Source: Zymomonas mobilis subsp. mobilis ATCC 10988 (lineage in GTDB: Bacteria > Pseudomonadota > Alphaproteobacteria > Sphingomonadales > Sphingomonadaceae). From it: a DNA stretch of 32,000 nucleotides. The stretch spans positions 360,001-392,000 of the forward strand of contig NC_017262.1 of assembly GCF_000175255.2 (NCBI RefSeq), read 5' to 3'. The position numbers were made by a program, and so were the translations under genes. Positions 7,947 to 16,554 of this stretch are shown here, in pieces. The notes under the pieces were generated by a model. That model did no database searches, was not told the DNA's origin, and saw only the letters and a program-made list of their open reading frames with translations. Position 1 is the first letter of the stretch. Each line of letters opens with the position of its first letter.

Positions 7947-10430
7947 TTGACGCCCGCTATGGCAAAAGACACGCTGAACATCGCCCTACAGATGGAACCG
8001 CCCGCATTGGACGTCACATCAGGTGCAGCAACTATTATCGACGATGTCAGCTATGGAACTCTGTTTGAAGGTTTGGTCAGATTATCGGCAAATGGCCAAA
8101 TAGAAGGTTGGCTGGCTAAAAATTGGACGGTTAGCCCTGACGGCAAAGTCTATCTTTTCAACCTTAGGGACAAGGTCACTTTTTCTGATGGACGGGCTTT
8201 TAACGCTGCAACAGCAGCCTATAGCTTAAACCGCGCCCGCGATATTCATTCTGGCAATGTCCAGCAAGAAGCCCTGTCGATTATTGACAGAATTGAGACG
8301 CCTTCGCCTTTCCAGTTGCGGATTATCCTCAAAAAGGCTGACAGCTTTTTCCTAACCTTATTGTCTTTACCTGATTGCGCTATGGTTTCGCCTTTTTCGG
8401 CCAAAAATTTGGCGATTTCACCGGTAGGCACAGGGGCTTTTCGTTTTCAAGAATGGCAACATGGGAGAAGAATCCAGCTGGTCGCCCGTTCTGATTATTG
8501 GGGTAAAAAACCGGCAATAAAAACACTTAATTTCTTTTTTATCTCTGATGCGCTGGCGGCCTATGCCGCCCTCAAAACAGGCCAGATTGATTTCTTTCCT
8601 GATTTTCCAGTGGCCGAAAATCTTGAAGAATTGGCAGATGACTCCCGCTTTAAAGTCCGGAGTTTTCCCAGTGAAGGCGAAGTGATCCTTGCCTTCAATC
8701 AAAATTTGCCGATTTTCCAGAATTCTTTGTTACGGCAAGCAATCTCAATCGCTATCAATCGTCCAGCCTTTGTTGATGCGGTGTTATATGGCTATGGCCG
8801 CGTTATTGGCAGCCATTTCCCGCCGCAAAACCCCGATTATCTCGATCTGACGGCAATCTATCCTTACGACCCGATAAAGGCCAAAGCCTTGCTGAAACAG
8901 GCCGGTTATCCTGACGGTCTGACATTAACGCTTGATTTGCCACCCTCTCGCTATGCCACTATTTCAGGGCAACTTGTAGCCGATCAACTGGAAAAAATTG
9001 GTATCCATGTAACGCTCCATTCATTGGAATGGACGACATGGCTTGATCGTGTTTATAAAAAACATGATTTCCAGATGACGGTTATCAACCATGCGGAACC
9101 TTTTGATTACAGAATCTATGACAAAGAAGGCTATTATTTCGGCTATCATAATGCCCAATTTCATCAGATTTTGACTCGTTTAGATCAGGAAAACGATGCT
9201 TTCCAACGGCATCAGAAATTACAATCGCTCCAAAAAATTCTAACCCTTGATGCCGCCAATGTCTTTTTATTCCAATATCCTCATCTGGTTGTTTTCAAGG
9301 CTGACCTAGCGGGTTTATGGCGAGGCAGCCCGACACAGGCCTTTGATCTCACAACGGCCTATTTCACCGACAGCCAAGGGACACATAATAGCCATTTGAT
9401 CCCGTCCTCCATCTCATGGCATTTTGGTGGGTGGCTCTCGGCAGCGTTGGGGCTAATCCTTCTGATAGTCGCTTTCCGCTATCAGCTTTTCAGTATTTCC
9501 GGTTTTCTCAAAAAAAGCGGTCAATTCTTATTGGCCTCATGGATAGCCAGCTTGGTTATTTTTATGGCTATTTCCGTTCTACCCGGCGATCCGGCCGAAT
9601 ATATGATGGGCTTACAAGCCAGTCCCCGCGCCCTAGCTGCCCTACAAACGGAATTCGGTCTCGATAAACCAGCGTATATCCGTTACATAAATTGGCTAAC
9701 CCATAGCCTTCATGGCGACTTTGGAAGTAGTTTTAGCTACCATCTTCCTGCCAGTGATTTAATCGCAGAAGCGCTCAATATCTCGCTTCCTCTTGTTCTG
9801 GCTTCTTTCTGTCTTGCCGCGACCGCTGGCTTTTTCTTTGGCCTTGCCATCGCCTTTTTTCGCTTCCGCCCTTTACGGATTTTTCTACTGACATTGACAC
9901 GGCTAGGCCTTTCTTTGCCGGCTTTTTGGATCGCTGTTTTACTGCTTTATGCCGGTCTTCATTACCATTGGCCTCTCACGCTGGAAAACACGCCTTCCCC
10001 TTTTGGCCTCCTGACCCAGCCTGCTTTTTACTGGCCAGTCATTGCGCTTGCATTGCCACAGGCCACATGGTTGGCGCGCGCTTTTAGCCAGCAATTACAG
10101 GGGATAGAACAAGAAGACTTCATCATGGCAGCAAGAGCGCGCGGATTATCCCGCTCCCAAGCGCTTCTTCGCCATGCGCTCCGCCATGCGTTACCGGCAT
10201 TATTGCCCTTACTAGCCTTGTCTTTGCCCGCCTTACTGACTGGCAGCATCATTGTCGAAAATATCTTTTATCTTTCAGGATTAGGACGGCTTTTATTACA
10301 GGCTATTGCCGCCCGTGATCTGGTTCTGATACAGGCCATTGCTCTTCTGGTCGCTATGGTGACTTTATTCGCCCGCTTTATCAGCGATCTTTTGCATCTC
10401 GCAATTGATCCACGGTTAAAACAGCCATGA
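7947..10430 (+). CDS. Fused ABC importer subunit: family-5 solute-binding domain + linker TM helix + DppB/OppB-type permease
   Basis: 827-aa ORF. Residues 1 to about 480 look like a peptide/nickel/opine-type SBP. WLSAALGLILLIVAF (nt 9432-9476) is an extra TM helix. From FLKKSGQFLLASW...LPGDPAEYM it is a complete DppB-like permease with the EAA loop (FIMAARARGLSRSQALLRHALRHA). The real start is probably upstream of the TTG at 7947 (see findings). Confidence 0.85.
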   Translation: MTPAMAKDTLNIALQMEPPALDVTSGAATIIDDVSYGTLFEGLVRLSANGQIEGWLAKNWTVSPDGKVYLFNLRDKVTFSDGRAFNAATAAYSLNRARDIHSGNVQQEALSIIDRIETPSPFQLRIILKKADSFFLTLLSLPDCAMVSPFSAKNLAISPVGTGAFRFQEWQHGRRIQLVARSDYWGKKPAIKTLNFFFISDALAAYAALKTGQIDFFPDFPVAENLEELADDSRFKVRSFPSEGEVILAFNQNLPIFQNSLLRQAISIAINRPAFVDAVLYGYGRVIGSHFPPQNPDYLDLTAIYPYDPIKAKALLKQAGYPDGLTLTLDLPPSRYATISGQLVADQLEKIGIHVTLHSLEWTTWLDRVYKKHDFQMTVINHAEPFDYRIYDKEGYYFGYHNAQFHQILTRLDQENDAFQRHQKLQSLQKILTLDAANVFLFQYPHLVVFKADLAGLWRGSPTQAFDLTTAYFTDSQGTHNSHLIPSSISWHFGGWLSAALGLILLIVAFRYQLFSISGFLKKSGQFLLASWIASLVIFMAISVLPGDPAEYMMGLQASPRALAALQTEFGLDKPAYIRYINWLTHSLHGDFGSSFSYHLPASDLIAEALNISLPLVLASFCLAATAGFFFGLAIAFFRFRPLRIFLLTLTRLGLSLPAFWIAVLLLYAGLHYHWPLTLENTPSPFGLLTQPAFYWPVIALALPQATWLARAFSQQLQGIEQEDFIMAARARGLSRSQALLRHALRHALPALLPLLALSLPALLTGSIIVENIFYLSGLGRLLLQAIAARDLVLIQAIALLVAMVTLFARFISDLLHLAIDPRLKQP

Positions 10431-11245
10431 TTTCCTTTTTTCGCTCTGCACCTTTTCTTTTGCGCTTTGTTTTATTCAGCCTTGTTCTATTGGCCTTGCT
10501 CATAGTCGGGAACGGCCTGCTTTATGGCCTCATTCCTCCCATGGATTTATCTGATCGGTTACAAGCTCCGTCATGGCATCATCTTTTCGGCACAGATGCT
10601 CTAGGACGTGATCTCTGGCACGAGACCTTTATGGCCGCCGGATGTTCCAGCTTGGTCGTCTTTCCGGCGGTGGCATTGGGCTTTACTGTGGGTGTCCCTA
10701 TCGGCTTAATCGCGGCGATTAAAAAAGGCTGGGTGGGCGAAATGCTGATGCAGGCCAGTGATATCCTTTTTGCCTTTCCAGCCTTGATTGCGGCATTATT
10801 ACTGCAATTATTATGCGGTGCTGGCGGGCAAAATGTGATGCTGGCCATTGCCCTTTATGCCATTCCGGTTTTTGCTCGTGTGGCCTGTAGCCATGGCCGC
10901 GTTATCGCCCGTTTGGATTTTATCGCGGCCGCCCGATTATCGGGGAAAGGGAGTCTTGCTCTTGCCTTTCATCATCTTCTTCCGAATATCATGCTTCCCC
11001 TTTTGACGCAGGCCAGCAGCCAATCTGCTTTTGCCTTTATCGCGGAAGCGGCCCTTTCCTATATCGGCATCGGCATTCAACCGCCCTTGCCTTCTTTGGG
11101 ACGATTGCTGCTAGACGCGCAAAATCTTCTAAATATTGCGCCATGGCTCGCCTTTTGGCCGGGGGTTATGCTTTTCTGGCTGATTGCTTCTTGCCAGATG
11201 ATTGGTGAAGGCCTGATCCGCTCTCAAGCAGACCATAGATTATGA
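10427..11245 (+). CDS. ABC importer permease, DppC/OppC type
   Basis: 272 aa with the N-terminal HLFGTDALGRDLW motif and multiple TM segments. 4-nt overlaps with both neighbours. Confidence 0.9.
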   Translation: MISFFRSAPFLLRFVLFSLVLLALLIVGNGLLYGLIPPMDLSDRLQAPSWHHLFGTDALGRDLWHETFMAAGCSSLVVFPAVALGFTVGVPIGLIAAIKKGWVGEMLMQASDILFAFPALIAALLLQLLCGAGGQNVMLAIALYAIPVFARVACSHGRVIARLDFIAAARLSGKGSLALAFHHLLPNIMLPLLTQASSQSAFAFIAEAALSYIGIGIQPPLPSLGRLLLDAQNLLNIAPWLAFWPGVMLFWLIASCQMIGEGLIRSQADHRL

Positions 11246-12834
11246 CATTTTTGGCGATCGAAAATCTGACGGTCAAAGCAAAAGACCGCTATTTGTTAAA
11301 GGATATCGGATTCCGTATCGGACGGGGTGAAATTGTTGCTGTCCTTGGTGAATCCGGTTCGGGGAAATCCACCCTTGCTCGCAGTATCTTGCGGCTTTTG
11401 CCTGAAAATCTGATTTTATCTGGCGCGCTCCGCGTTGGAAAAACCGATCTCATGCAGCTTCCTGAAAAACAGATGAATGACTGGCGTGGCCAAAAGATAG
11501 CTTTTATCGGTCAGGATTCTTTACGTTTTCTAGACCCGATGATGACTATTGCCCAACATATCCGCGAAGGCCTCAAGGAAAAATCGACAGAAAATAAACA
11601 GCCCTCTGCCATGACCAATGCCTTGGAACAGGTGGGACTTTCTCCCGATATCGCAAAACGCTATCCGCATCAGCTTTCCGGCGGACAAAGACAAAGGGCA
11701 GCTATTGCTATAGCCTTGGCGGCCAAACCGGCTTTGTTAATCGCGGATGAGCCCAGTTCTGCACTTGATATGCTGACTGAAGCGCAAATCATGGCGATTT
11801 TTGAAAAAGCCACGGGAAACCGTCAAACGGCTATTTTACTTATCAGCCATAATCCCGCCTTGGCGGTCAGAATGGCAGAACGCATCGTGGTTTTAAAAGA
11901 CGGTCGCCTTGTCTCGAAAATGGCCAGCCGCCGTTGGTGGTCAAATCCAGCAGAGGCGTATAGTCAAGCGATCATCCAATCTTATCATCAGATTTTATCT
12001 AGCACGCCCTATGGAAAGGATGCCCCCAAACAATCCCAAAATCACCCGCCCATAATGGATAATCCGCGCCCCTTATTAAGACTGCAAAATCTTTCCTATC
12101 AGGAAAAAGACGATCATCGCCTAAAGGATATCTCGCTCGAAATCTATAAAGGCGAAAGGATTGCCATCATCGGGGAATCTGGTGCCGGGAAATCAACCCT
12201 ACTCAAATTGATATCCGGCCTGCTGCCAGCATCATCCGGTGAAATTTTTTGGGAAAATCAGCCTCTTTCTTTTCAAAAGAAACAAGATCGCCTCGCTTTT
12301 TATCAAAAAGCACAAATGGTTTTCCAAGACCCGAACAGTAGTCTTGACCCGGCTTGGACAGTTGAAAAAACCGTCACCGAGCCCCTTGCGCTTTATCAGA
12401 AGAAAATATCCTCGGAATATCGGCAGCAAGCCTTGCAATCAGCCCTGAACAAGGCGTCCTTATCCCTCGATCTTCGGCATCGTTATCCGGCAACGCTTTC
12501 CGGCGGCCAAGGTCAAAGGGTGGCGATAGCGCGCGCCTTAGTGAACAATCCTGATTTACTGTTGCTGGATGAAGCCTTCTCGGCTCTGGATAGTGTCAAT
12601 CGGGTTGAAATCGGAAAAGAACTGATGGCGCTCTCTGAACAAGAAAAAATGACTTGTTTACTGGTAACGCATGACCTTGCTTTTGCCCGTTTTTTTGCAA
12701 CCAGAGTGGTGATTCTCCACCATGGTCATGTTATAGAAGAGAATAATACATATTCTATTTTCACCAAGCCTAATCACCCCTATACACAAAGGCTGATCGA
12801 AATATGGCAGAAAAATTATAATCTCCAAGCCTGA
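11242..12834 (+). CDS. ABC importer ATPase with two fused nucleotide-binding domains (DppD-DppF type)
   Basis: Two Walker A motifs (GESGSGKST, GESGAGKST), two signature motifs (LSGGQRQR, LSGGQGQR) and two Walker B motifs (LLIADEPSSALD, LLLLDEAFSALD). Confidence 0.95.
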   Translation: MTFLAIENLTVKAKDRYLLKDIGFRIGRGEIVAVLGESGSGKSTLARSILRLLPENLILSGALRVGKTDLMQLPEKQMNDWRGQKIAFIGQDSLRFLDPMMTIAQHIREGLKEKSTENKQPSAMTNALEQVGLSPDIAKRYPHQLSGGQRQRAAIAIALAAKPALLIADEPSSALDMLTEAQIMAIFEKATGNRQTAILLISHNPALAVRMAERIVVLKDGRLVSKMASRRWWSNPAEAYSQAIIQSYHQILSSTPYGKDAPKQSQNHPPIMDNPRPLLRLQNLSYQEKDDHRLKDISLEIYKGERIAIIGESGAGKSTLLKLISGLLPASSGEIFWENQPLSFQKKQDRLAFYQKAQMVFQDPNSSLDPAWTVEKTVTEPLALYQKKISSEYRQQALQSALNKASLSLDLRHRYPATLSGGQGQRVAIARALVNNPDLLLLDEAFSALDSVNRVEIGKELMALSEQEKMTCLLVTHDLAFARFFATRVVILHHGHVIEENNTYSIFTKPNHPYTQRLIEIWQKNYNLQA

Positions 12835-12938
12835 AAAGAATTAAGGTTTTTTAAAAAATAATAGATTATAACCTTCTTCCGCCTTTTTAAATCAGGCTTT
12901 TAAAAGGGCTTTTATCAATCAGGGATGACCAAACAGTT

Positions 12939-14048
12939 ATGAAAGCAACGATCGAACGCGCGACTTTATTGAAAAGTCTTAGCCATGTTCAATCGGTAGT
13001 AGAACGGCGCAACACTATTCCGATTTTATCGAATGTGCTGATTGAAGCGGCCTCCAATGGTTGTGTAAAGCTGATGGCAACCGATCTTGATTTACAGGTC
13101 GTTGAAACCTTGTCAGCCGAAGTTGATACCCCCGGCGAAACCACGGTTTCGGCGCATATGCTTTTTGAAATCGTCCGTAAATTACCGGATGGTTCACAAA
13201 TTCAGTTAAGCGCTGCCGATGGTAAAATGCTGATTGTTGCCGGTCGTTCGCGTTTCAGTTTGGCTACTCTGCCCCGTGATGATTTTCCGGTTATCAGTGA
13301 AAGCGAATTGCCAACCCATTTCGCTTTACCGACGGAAAGCTTGAAACAGATTATTGATAAAACCCGTTTCGCTATTTCGGTTGATGAAACGCGCTATTAT
13401 CTCAATGGTATTTTCCTCCATGTTTTAAAGGATGAAAATGTCATGAAAGCGGCGGCCACAGATGGCCATCGCCTCGCCTGCGTGACTATTCCTGCGCCCG
13501 CCGGTGCCGAAGATATGCCGGATGTTATCATTCCGCGTAAATGTGTCGTCGAATTGCGGAAATTGCTGGATGAATGTGAAGACGAAATCAAAATTTCGCT
13601 TTCAGCCAGTAAAATTTGCTTTGACCTCGGTCATGCCATTTTAACGTCCAAGCTGATTGATGGCACCTTCCCTGATTATTCACGGGTTATCCCGACGGCC
13701 AATGACAAATTATTGAAAGTCAAACCCAAGGATTTGATGCAGGGCGTTGATCGCGTTGCAACCATTGCCAGCGAGAAAACCCGCGCGGTTAAAATGTCTA
13801 TCGAAGCAGGGAAAATTTCGCTTTCAGTGACCAGCCCTGAAAATGGTATGGCTACCGAAGAAGTCTTGGGCGAATATGATGCCGATCCTTTGGATATCGG
13901 TTTTAATGCCCGCTATCTTCTTGATATTCTGGGGCAGATTGAAAGCGATCAGGCCGAAATTCATCTGGCCGAAGCCGCCGCCCCAACCCTGATACGGGAT
14001 TCAGATCAATCAGCGGCACTTTATGTTTTGATGCCGATGCGCGTCTGA
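12939..14048 (+). CDS. dnaN: DNA polymerase III beta sliding clamp
   Basis: 369 aa. MKATIERATLLKSL...RRNTIPILSNVLIEA at the N-terminus and YVLMPMRV at the C-terminus are typical of DnaN. Confidence 0.95.
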   Translation: MKATIERATLLKSLSHVQSVVERRNTIPILSNVLIEAASNGCVKLMATDLDLQVVETLSAEVDTPGETTVSAHMLFEIVRKLPDGSQIQLSAADGKMLIVAGRSRFSLATLPRDDFPVISESELPTHFALPTESLKQIIDKTRFAISVDETRYYLNGIFLHVLKDENVMKAAATDGHRLACVTIPAPAGAEDMPDVIIPRKCVVELRKLLDECEDEIKISLSASKICFDLGHAILTSKLIDGTFPDYSRVIPTANDKLLKVKPKDLMQGVDRVATIASEKTRAVKMSIEAGKISLSVTSPENGMATEEVLGEYDADPLDIGFNARYLLDILGQIESDQAEIHLAEAAAPTLIRDSDQSAALYVLMPMRV

Positions 14049-14069
14049 TTATAGGTAAAAACTTACCAT

Positions 14070-14101
14070 AAAAAAGCCGCCCTATTCGGGGCGGCTTTTT
14101 T
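14070..14101. terminator. Bidirectional intrinsic terminator (dnaN / TonB-dependent receptor)
   Basis: gccgccc (14076-14082) pairs with gggcggc (14089-14095), with A6 upstream and T6 downstream. Confidence 0.85.
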
Positions 14102-14114
14102 GATGCGATATCGT

Positions 14115-16226
14115 TTAAAGACGGGCGCGAATACCGCCATAAAATGTCCGGCCTAATGTGCCGTAACGATAAGCGGTTTCATAATATTTGTCGGTTAAAT
14201 TCTCGACCCGACCGAAAACAGTCAGATGCTTTGAAACCGGCATTTCCACCCGTAAATCATACAGGGTATAACCACGATTCATATGGGGATTCAGGCTATA
14301 TTCGCTATGCACCGTATCCCATGATTTTGATGCCCAACGGACAGCAATTCCGGTAACAAGACCGAATTTCCAATGATAATCAGCCGAACCATTGGCGGTA
14401 TTTTTAGGTCGTCTTGGTAATTGATAGCCGTAATCAACCCCTTCGGAACGATCCTTAACCGAAGTCCAAGTATAGTTACCGCTTAACGATACCCGTTTAA
14501 TATCAAGGCTGGCATTGACTTCGACACCATGCGCTGTGCTGCGATTGATATTGTCATAATAGCCATAACGCGGGGTATTGGTATTCGGGACATAACAAAT
14601 GGAAGGCAATGCCCCATAATAAGGACAGCTTAGATAGGCGATCAGATTATTGGAGGTTCTCTGAAAATAATCTGCGGCAATCGTCAAATGCTTATGAAAG
14701 AAACGCTGTTGAAAACCGGCATCCCAACCATGCGATTTTTCCGGTTTCAGATTCTGATTACCGTATTCACTATAGATTTGGTATAAAGACGGCGCGTTAA
14801 AACCTTCACCATAATGCGCTCGAAACAGGGTATTGTCGTTGTTAAACGCCCAAACACCACCGCCCGAAAATAGAACATTGCCGCCGAATTTCGAATGATG
14901 GTCATAACGGACACCGCCATCAACCGAAAAACCTTTAATAATCTTGCCTTTTATCTGGCCATAAACACTGTTGATATTGATGGTACCGCGCGTATCCGAT
15001 CCACCATAAGCAGGTGAAGAACTTTTGATGCCACTCCGCTCATTTTCATAACCGAAAACCAGATCCCAGTTTTTGACCAAGGCAAGACTGCCCTGATATT
15101 CAAAGCGTCTGGTATGACCATTACCAACAAAAGTATCGGTATTATATGGCTCCATAGACGGGCTGATATCGTTTCTTTTGGTCTGGGTATAGCTATAGCC
15201 AAAACGGTTCCGTAACCGATTGTCGAATAAAGCGACATTCAAACCGGCATAGCCCATCCATTGCTCTTTATTTTCGTAATCTGACGTATCAGGCGTTCCA
15301 TAGCTGCTATCGAGGTCAGTCATTGCCTTGGAATAATAGCCGCGTAAATCCACCGAAACTTCGTCAATCAATTTGATATTGACCCGTCCGGTTGCGGAAC
15401 GGTTATGATAGCCATCTTGCTCATGCCCACCATAACGCGGACTGATTGCCGATATGCCTTTGGTATAGAAATTATTACCCGCCAAACGCCATGTAATCCG
15501 GTCACTTTTTCCACCGATAGCGGCACGGGCGTTAATGGTGCTATGTGATCCCATTTCAAGATCGACACTGCCACCCAACGGTTTCGTTGGCATTGCTGTC
15601 ACAATATTGACGACACCACCGATGGCCTGACTGCCCCAAAGAATAGATTGTGATCCTCGCAACACTTCAATTCGGGATGTATCACCCGTCATCAATGTGC
15701 CGAAATCATAGCCATTATTGGTCGATGAAGCATCTGTCATCCGAACGCCGTCAATAACCATCATCGTCTGACCGGATTCAGCACCACGGATAAAGACCGA
15801 TGTTGCGGTTCCGTATCCACCATTACGGGCAACTGTTACTCCGGGCGTTCTCACCAAAATATCGGAAATCGCCATGCCCTGACTGTGGTCAATGGCGGCC
15901 TTATCCAAAATAGTCACCTGCGAAGAAACCTGATCGGCTTTTTCTGGCGTTCTTGAGGCGGTCACCACCAAAGAAGGTTGATCGTTGCTGGCGACGGCCA
16001 AAGCATCGGCATCAGGGTCGGAAGCCTTAACCTCCTGTTTTTTATCCTGTCCCTTTTCGAGATTTTGTTTTTTTATTTCTTCTTTTTGTTTTCTAAGAAG
16101 TTTTTTATCGCCTTCACGCTCTGTTTTCGGCTGCCCCTGATAGGCTTCTTTTGCTAAAGCAGGCTGAAAAGAAACCAATCCCGTTGTTGTCAAAGCCAAA
16201 GTCGATAAAAGAAATAATCGCGCCAT
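14115..16226 (-). CDS. btuB: TonB-dependent outer-membrane receptor, probable cobalamin receptor
   Basis: Signal peptide, TonB box SLVVTASR, plug domain (ISDILVRTPGVTV...SVFIRGAESGQTMMVIDGV) and a long beta-barrel. A cobalamin riboswitch lies in its 5' leader. Confidence 0.85.
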   Translation of the reverse strand: MARLFLLSTLALTTTGLVSFQPALAKEAYQGQPKTEREGDKKLLRKQKEEIKKQNLEKGQDKKQEVKASDPDADALAVASNDQPSLVVTASRTPEKADQVSSQVTILDKAAIDHSQGMAISDILVRTPGVTVARNGGYGTATSVFIRGAESGQTMMVIDGVRMTDASSTNNGYDFGTLMTGDTSRIEVLRGSQSILWGSQAIGGVVNIVTAMPTKPLGGSVDLEMGSHSTINARAAIGGKSDRITWRLAGNNFYTKGISAISPRYGGHEQDGYHNRSATGRVNIKLIDEVSVDLRGYYSKAMTDLDSSYGTPDTSDYENKEQWMGYAGLNVALFDNRLRNRFGYSYTQTKRNDISPSMEPYNTDTFVGNGHTRRFEYQGSLALVKNWDLVFGYENERSGIKSSSPAYGGSDTRGTININSVYGQIKGKIIKGFSVDGGVRYDHHSKFGGNVLFSGGGVWAFNNDNTLFRAHYGEGFNAPSLYQIYSEYGNQNLKPEKSHGWDAGFQQRFFHKHLTIAADYFQRTSNNLIAYLSCPYYGALPSICYVPNTNTPRYGYYDNINRSTAHGVEVNASLDIKRVSLSGNYTWTSVKDRSEGVDYGYQLPRRPKNTANGSADYHWKFGLVTGIAVRWASKSWDTVHSEYSLNPHMNRGYTLYDLRVEMPVSKHLTVFGRVENLTDKYYETAYRYGTLGRTFYGGIRARL

Positions 16227-16355
16227 CTATCCCCCCTCTGTTACTCACAGCAAAACAGCCTCCAAACCGATTGGCTTGAAGGTCACTATTATCGTCCGTG
16301 CGAGGAGAATTTACCTCGTTCGACGGGAACGCCCTGTCCTGTCGTGGAACGATTA

Positions 16356-16508
16356 CATAGGGTCGGTCTCCTGGCTCACAGCATCGAAACAACCGCCTTC
16401 CCGAATAGATTCAGTGGCTTTTTGGCGTTTCAACTGTTTACAGTTGCAGGGGCAGCCAAGGTTTTGCACCTTGTTCCCAATTTTCCTTCACTCGAAGGAA
16501 ACCCTATG
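16356..16508 (-). promoter_or_regulatory. Cobalamin (B12) riboswitch aptamer
   Basis: Minus strand reads GGGAACAAGGTGCAAAACCTTGGCTGCCCCTGCAACTGTAA (core; plus coordinates of the GCTGCCCCTGCAACTGTAA part are 16438-16456). The B12 box GAGCCAGGAGACCGACC is at 16361-16377. Both are closed by P1: CATAGGGT (16501-16508) with ACCCTATG (16356-16363). Confidence 0.85.
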
Positions 16509-16554
16509 CAAAAAAATTTCCGTAGTCGGAAAGGCTAAGAGAGGTCAATCAATC

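Noticed and set aside
7835-8068. 77-aa ORF MIMAISLIYCQKKKDISYPL... as an independent gene
   Set aside because: It overlaps the binding-protein coding frame and has no family features. Only its first ~12 codons may matter, as a possible frameshifted start of the SBP (see finding).
12841-12920. Cell-cycle regulatory sites upstream of dnaN: a CtrA-like TTAA-N-TTAA (12841-12854) and a DnaA-box-like TTATCAATC (12912-12920)
   Set aside because: The TTAA half-sites are spaced by 6 nt, not the required 7. The DnaA-like site matches only 6 of 9 positions. Both are expected by chance in AT-rich intergenic DNA.
16276-16554. N-terminal ~93 codons of ORF 16276..17460
   Set aside because: This stretch is antisense to the btuB leader and riboswitch and has no protein-like features. 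The binding-protein homology and signal peptide begin near 16555.
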